From Gemmatimonadales bacterium (lineage in GTDB: Bacteria > Gemmatimonadota > Gemmatimonadetes > Gemmatimonadales > Gemmatimonadaceae), in contig JBDTND010000001.1 in NCBI GenBank assembly GCA_039933915.1, positions 5,090 to 69,089 of the forward strand: 64,000 bases of DNA, written 5' to 3'. The first letter of the stretch is position 1; each line of letters starts with the position of its first letter. Shown here piece after piece: positions 59,560-64,000 of this stretch. The position numbers and the translations under genes are program-made. The notes beneath the pieces were generated by a model, which was not told the DNA's origin, did not search any database, and saw only the letters and a program-made list of their open reading frames with translations.

Positions 59560-60608
59560 GCGAAACCCAAGAGCTTCTCGACTTCTACACGAACGCTCCG
59601 CTCCTCGAGCTGGGAGCGGCGGCGGATCGCGTGCGCCAGGAAAAGCATCCCGGAAACACGGTCACGTACATCATCGACCGCAACATCAACTACACGAACG
59701 TCTGCGTGGCGGATTGCGGATTCTGCGCGTTCGCGCGTCGTCCCAAGCACGGGGAAGGGTACACTCTCTCCTTCGAGCAGATCGGCGCCAAGATCGACGA
59801 GCTCAAAGCACTGGGCGGAGTCCAGATTCTGATTCAGGGCGGGCACAATCCGTATATCCCGTTCGAGTGGTATCTGGACCTCATGCGATACATCAAGCGC
59901 AATCATCCCATCCACATCCACGGCTTCAGCCCGAGCGAGATCGATTTCTTCGCCAAGCTTTTCCGGATGGAAGCCGTTGATGTTATACGTGAGCTCCGGA
60001 AAGCGGGCCTCGATTCCATTCCGGGCGGCGGTGGCGAAATCCTCGTGCAGCGCGTGCGTGACATCGTGGCGCCCAAGAAAGCGGGCGCCGACCGCTGGCT
60101 CGAGATCATGGAGCTCGCCCACAACGAAGGGATGAAAACTTCGGTCACGATGATGTATGGCCTCGGAGAAACGCTGGGCGAGCGTCTCGAACACCTTCAG
60201 CGGGTGAGGGACGTGCAGTCGCGCACGGGCGGATTCACGGCGTTCATCTGCTGGCCCCTACAGCCAGAGAACACTCCGACCATGTCGAACCAGCCGAAGA
60301 CCGGTGCGACGGAGTATCTCCGGACTGTTGCATTCGCGCGCGTGGTGCTCGACAACGTTCCGAATCTGCAGTCGAGCTGGGTCACAATGGGAATGAAAAT
60401 CGGCCAGATAGCATTGCGCTTCGGGTGCAATGACTTCGGCTCTCTCATGATCGAGGAAAACGTGGTATCGGCGGCGAATACCACACACCGCACTTCGACC
60501 GACGAGATGGAACGATTGATTCGGGACGCCGGATTTACTCCCGCCCGGAGAAAGCAGGACTACACCCTCATCGATCCGGTGACAGCAGTCCACGCGGATG
60601 CCGCGTGA
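59556..60608 (+). CDS. mqnC: Cyclic dehypoxanthine futalosine synthase MqnC
   Basis: TYIIDRNINYTNVCVADCGFCAF, QGGHNP, PGGGGEIL, QSSWVT, NDFGSLMIEENVV. Confidence 0.94.
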   Translation: MSETQELLDFYTNAPLLELGAAADRVRQEKHPGNTVTYIIDRNINYTNVCVADCGFCAFARRPKHGEGYTLSFEQIGAKIDELKALGGVQILIQGGHNPYIPFEWYLDLMRYIKRNHPIHIHGFSPSEIDFFAKLFRMEAVDVIRELRKAGLDSIPGGGGEILVQRVRDIVAPKKAGADRWLEIMELAHNEGMKTSVTMMYGLGETLGERLEHLQRVRDVQSRTGGFTAFICWPLQPENTPTMSNQPKTGATEYLRTVAFARVVLDNVPNLQSSWVTMGMKIGQIALRFGCNDFGSLMIEENVVSAANTTHRTSTDEMERLIRDAGFTPARRKQDYTLIDPVTAVHADAA

Positions 60609-61098
60609 CTCCGAGCCAAATACCCGTGTCGGTGTCGGCTACGACTCCCACCGGTTCGCCGCCGGCCGCCCCCTAACCCTCGGCGGGGTTGTAATACCAT
60701 CGGAAGTTGGTCTCCTTGGCCATTCCGACGCAGATGCGATCTGCCACGCCGTTACGGATGCAGTGCTGGGCGCCGCCGGTCTCGGTGACATCGGAGAGAT
60801 GTTTCCCAACGCCGATCCGGCCAACAAGGACCGCGATTCGGTCGAAATGCTCGAGGCCGCCGTCCGACGGATCTCCGCCGCGGGCTATCGCGTTAATCAG
60901 GTCGACATAACGGTCATCACCGAGATGCCCAGACTTGCACCCCACCGGGAGAGAATCCGGGGGAGATTGGCCGCCGCGCTCGGTATCGATTCGGCGAGCG
61001 TGAGCGTCAAAGGGAAGACCAACGAAGGCATGGGTTGGATTGGGCGAAAAGAGGGCCTCGCCTGCATCGCCGTCGCCACCCTGAATGGAATTCGCTAG
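60598..61098 (+). CDS. ispF: 2-C-methyl-D-erythritol 2,4-cyclodiphosphate synthase
   Basis: RVGVGYDSH, GHSDAD, HAVTDA, GDIG, KGKTNE. Confidence 0.96.
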   Translation: MPRDSEPNTRVGVGYDSHRFAAGRPLTLGGVVIPSEVGLLGHSDADAICHAVTDAVLGAAGLGDIGEMFPNADPANKDRDSVEMLEAAVRRISAAGYRVNQVDITVITEMPRLAPHRERIRGRLAAALGIDSASVSVKGKTNEGMGWIGRKEGLACIAVATLNGIR

Positions 61099-61101
61099 CG
61101 G

Positions 61102-61716
61102 ATGATCGAGACAATAACCGGATGGCTTGGCGCTCTGCCTCTCGGATCTCTCTACATTGCGATAGCAGCATTATCGGCGTTCGAGAACTTCTTTCCGCCT
61201 TTTCCGTCCGACGCCGTAATCGCATTCGGCAGTTTTCTCGCGGACAGAGCACACGGGTCTGCCGTTACCGTTTTTCTGCTGGGCTGGCTCGGCAACGTTG
61301 CCGGCGCTGGCGTCACCTATTTTCTCGGGCGGAGATTCGGGTCAAAGGCCTTCCTGCGCCGGATCGAGAAGTACGCCGGCCCGGATGCCGAAGACAGAAT
61401 CAGAAAGCTCCACAAGAAATACGGGTTCATGGGTCTGTTCGTGAGTCGGTTTCTGCCGGGCGTGCGAGCGATAGTTCCGCCGTTTGCCGGAGCAATGAAG
61501 CTGCCCGCCCTCAAGGTGATGCTCTCCGTCGCCAGCGCCAGCGGAGTCTGGTTCGCGCTGATTACGTTTCTGGCGTTCCGCGCCGGAGACAACTGGGATC
61601 TCGTCCAGCACTACCTCGTGCGCTCGGGTAAAGTCGCCGGAGCAATCGCGATCGGTATCGTGGTCCTGGCTTTCGGGATCTGGCTGTGGAAGCGCCACCT
61701 GAGAAAGCGTGAATAA
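61102..61716 (+). CDS. DedA family membrane protein
   Basis: ENFFPPFPSD, YFLGRRFG, SRFLPGVR, AGAMK. Confidence 0.92.
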   Translation: MIETITGWLGALPLGSLYIAIAALSAFENFFPPFPSDAVIAFGSFLADRAHGSAVTVFLLGWLGNVAGAGVTYFLGRRFGSKAFLRRIEKYAGPDAEDRIRKLHKKYGFMGLFVSRFLPGVRAIVPPFAGAMKLPALKVMLSVASASGVWFALITFLAFRAGDNWDLVQHYLVRSGKVAGAIAIGIVVLAFGIWLWKRHLRKRE

Positions 61717-62629
61717 GGGAGAGCTGGACGACGCCGTGGGGCGAGCATTCTACGTCGAACGGTTCGACGATTTTCTCGCCCTCGAGCAGGGCGCCTCCGT
61801 CCAGACCAGCAGCGCATACAAGCTCGACATCGCCAGGTTCGTGACCTACGCAAACGTCAAAGGCGCAAAGTCTCCAACCGACGTCGGCGCCCGCGTGCTT
61901 CGTGAGTTTGTCTATCACCTCAAGGATCTCGGCCTCGCTCCGGCGTCTATTCGGCGCAACATCTCCGCGGTTCGGACGTACTTCAAGTTCCTCCTTGGCG
62001 AAGGTCACGTGGTGCGCGACCCGAGCGAGCGTCTGGAGACACCAAAGAAGTGGCGAACGCTGCCCGACGTGCTGGGCGTGGATGAGATCGAAAAACTCCT
62101 CTCCGCGCCATCGCTGGATGAGCCGCTGGCGTTCCGGGATCGCGCGATGCTGGAGGTCGCGTACGGCGCGGGATTGCGCGTGTCGGAATGGATCTCGCTC
62201 GCTGTCCGCGACGTGCTGCTCCAGGATCATCTCGTGCGCGTATTCGGGAAGGGGGCGAAGGAGCGGCTGGTTCCGATTGGCCGCCGGGCGATTGGGGCGC
62301 TCGCGATTTATATGCGGGAGCTTCGTCCTACCCTCGAGAAAGGCGAAGGGAAGGGCATTCTGTTCCTCAATGCGCGCGGCCAGCCGCTCTCGCGCATGGG
62401 CGCCTGGAAAATCCTTCGCAAATATGTGGACCAGGCCGGCATCACCAAACCCGTATCCCCGCACACTCTGCGGCACTCTTTCGCCACACACCTGCTGGAA
62501 GGAGGCGCGGACCTGAGAGCGGTCCAGGAGATGCTTGGCCACGTGGACATTTCGACGACCCAGATATACACGCACGTAGATAGAGAGTACCTGCGTTCCG
62601 TTCATAAGCAATTCCATCCGCGCGCCTGA
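61709..62629 (+). CDS. xerD: Site-specific tyrosine recombinase XerD
   Basis: RDRAMLE, YGAGLRVSE, GKGAKERLVP, SPHTLRHSFATHLL, GADLRAVQEMLGH, STTQIYTHV, C-terminal HPRA. Confidence 0.93.
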   Translation: MNKGELDDAVGRAFYVERFDDFLALEQGASVQTSSAYKLDIARFVTYANVKGAKSPTDVGARVLREFVYHLKDLGLAPASIRRNISAVRTYFKFLLGEGHVVRDPSERLETPKKWRTLPDVLGVDEIEKLLSAPSLDEPLAFRDRAMLEVAYGAGLRVSEWISLAVRDVLLQDHLVRVFGKGAKERLVPIGRRAIGALAIYMRELRPTLEKGEGKGILFLNARGQPLSRMGAWKILRKYVDQAGITKPVSPHTLRHSFATHLLEGGADLRAVQEMLGHVDISTTQIYTHVDREYLRSVHKQFHPRA

Positions 62630-62655
62630 AGCCTGATGCCTTCTTCATTTAAGAA

Positions 62656-62693
62656 CAGCAAAAAAGGTGAGTGGCACCTCCTACCTTTTGTTG
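62656..62693. terminator. Imperfect stem-loop, possible bidirectional terminator between xerD and pabA/trpG
   Basis: CAGCAAAAAAGGT (62656-62668) can pair with ACCTTTTGTTG (62683-62693); inner AGGTG/CACCT stem. Confidence 0.4.
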
Positions 62694-62749
62694 CAGTTGC
62701 AGTCCCTTCGCCAGACTCTGCGCGCGCCATTCCAGCTCCAGGTTTCTAG

Positions 62750-63325
62750 ATGCTCCTCGTCCTCGACAACTACGACTCCTTCACCTACAACCTCGTGCAG
62801 TACCTCGGCGAGCTTGGGGAGAATCCGATCGTGAAGCGCAACGATGAGATCACCGTCGAGGACATCGGTGCGATGGGGGTGAAGCGCATAGTGATCTCAC
62901 CGGGGCCGTGCACACCCGCTGAGGCGGGAATAAGTGTTGCCGCGATCAAGCGCTGGGGCAAAACCATTCCGACTCTCGGGGTCTGTCTCGGCCACCAGGC
63001 GATTGGCGAGGCGTATGGAGGCAGGGTTGTGCGCGCCAAAACCCTGATGCACGGAAAGACTTCGCGAATCTCACACGACGGAAAGGGAATCTTCAAAAAC
63101 ATCCCCAATCCGCTCGAGGTGATGCGCTACCATTCACTCGTGGTGGAAACGGACTCGCTCCCGCCTGAGCTCGAGATTGTAGCCCGTGCGAGGGACGACC
63201 CCACCGAGATTCACGGAATCCGGCACCGTGCGCATCCTGTCTGGGGTGTGCAATTTCATCCTGAATCGATTCTTACCGAAAGCGGTAAGGAGATTCTTCG
63301 AAACTTTCTAACGATCGGACGATGA
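62750..63325 (+). CDS. Aminodeoxychorismate/anthranilate synthase component II (PabA/TrpG glutamine amidotransferase)
   Basis: DNYDSFTYNL, ISPGPCTP, GVCLGHQ, MHGK, RYHSL, GVQFHPES. Confidence 0.95.
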   Translation: MLLVLDNYDSFTYNLVQYLGELGENPIVKRNDEITVEDIGAMGVKRIVISPGPCTPAEAGISVAAIKRWGKTIPTLGVCLGHQAIGEAYGGRVVRAKTLMHGKTSRISHDGKGIFKNIPNPLEVMRYHSLVVETDSLPPELEIVARARDDPTEIHGIRHRAHPVWGVQFHPESILTESGKEILRNFLTIGR

Positions 63326-64000
63326 AGGCTCTCAATCTTGTTCTTCTCGCTGTCGCCGTCACGCCTTTCACCCGCGGGCTCGGTGCGCAGGAGACACCTC
63401 CTGCGCCCGACACGGGATATGTCGAGTACCACGAGTCGCCGATCTCGCTGCCTTTAGGCGTGGGCCTGCGGATGCCCAGCTACGATCGCGTCAATGGACT
63501 CACGATGCCATGGGGTCCCAAGATCGAGTTTGGGGACGGCAGGGTCGACCTCGACGCCATCGTCAGCTATCGCTCCAATCTCGGGAAGTGGGATCCTGCG
63601 CTCCAAGGCTCGATTCGGCCGAGCGATAATGATGAATTCAGCTTCTTCGCGGGAACCGGCACCTTTACAAATGACGCCTGGATCCGTGGAGACCTCGCAA
63701 ATTCAGTCGCGGCCTTTTTCGTCGGTAGCGATGCCCGGAACTGGTACCGCGCAAACCGCGGGACCGCGCGCATCACGCACACATTCAATGGCACTGCGTT
63801 CACGGTAACGCCATTCATCGGCGGAAACATCGAGCGCGACTGGTCGACCGGGTCTTTAGCCCCGACCAAGTCGCCATGGAGCTTCTATGGCCGTAAGGGC
63901 AATCTCAAAATGAGAAGGCCGAATCCGCGCGTCGCGAAGGGAAGCATTACATCCGTAATTGGCGGAACCGGCATTCAGCTGGTGCGCGGGGGGCTGGAAG
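63322..64000 (+). CDS. Secreted, probable outer-membrane beta-barrel protein; 5' part only, runs off the right edge
   Basis: Not in the ORF track. ATG 63322 overlaps the previous stop (ATGA); manual translation MKALNLVLLAVAVTPFTRGLGAQETPPAP...PSYDRVNGL...GSDARNWY...; signal peptide, frame open to the window end. Confidence 0.75.
   Translation, partial: MKALNLVLLAVAVTPFTRGLGAQETPPAPDTGYVEYHESPISLPLGVGLRMPSYDRVNGLTMPWGPKIEFGDGRVDLDAIVSYRSNLGKWDPALQGSIRPSDNDEFSFFAGTGTFTNDAWIRGDLANSVAAFFVGSDARNWYRANRGTARITHTFNGTAFTVTPFIGGNIERDWSTGSLAPTKSPWSFYGRKGNLKMRRPNPRVAKGSITSVIGGTGIQLVRGGLE

Noticed and set aside
52308-60608. fab genes plus radical SAM enzymes as a novel PKS, ladderane or RiPP-like cluster
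   Set aside because: The fab genes are the standard rpmF-plsX-fabHDG-acpP-fabF set, and the radical SAM genes match MqnE and MqnC flanking MqnA.
61709-62629. Tyrosine recombinase as a sign of a prophage or genomic island
   Set aside because: It has XerD hallmarks (C-terminal HPRA), overlaps housekeeping genes, and has no phage genes, att sites or compositional shift nearby.
63494-63869. ORF-track ORFs 63494-63808 (+) and 63567-63869 (-)
   Set aside because: Both lie inside the longer open frame starting at 63322, which has a signal peptide and a coupled start.

Overview
A GC-rich, densely packed core-chromosome segment, most likely from a Gemmatimonadota bacterium (inferred from gene order and protein style). 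From left to right: (i) a minus-strand MdtABC-like RND efflux operon running off the left edge; (ii) icd-pepA and a small TonB-plug/beta-barrel protein; (iii) yicC-gmk-rpoZ-coaBC-udg-dnaB-radA-ispD-tsaC-LMW phosphatase-aroE-comF; (iv) gap-pgk-tpiA-secG-carA; (v) HU/IHF-moaD-moaE-moaA; (vi) mdh-sdhCAB; (vii) minus-strand dcd plus a small His-rich orphan; (viii) a complete nuoA-N operon behind a Rex-like operator; (ix) pmm/pgm, a shortened UPF0182 protein, carbamate kinase, sucCD, ndk; (x) yceD-rpmF-plsX-fabHDG-acpP-fabF running into futalosine-pathway mqnE-mqnA-mqnC, then ispF-dedA-xerD; (xi) pabA/trpG and a truncated secreted/outer-membrane protein. I saw no tRNA/rRNA, CRISPR array, IS element, prophage or intein, and no clearly novel multi-gene system. 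The best leads are the Rex-like operator, a CX5CX2C radical SAM motif in MqnE, coaBC lacking a canonical start codon, a YwlE-like phosphatase next to tsaC, an orphan carbamate kinase with a lone carA, the lipid/quinone superoperon, and several uncharacterised proteins.
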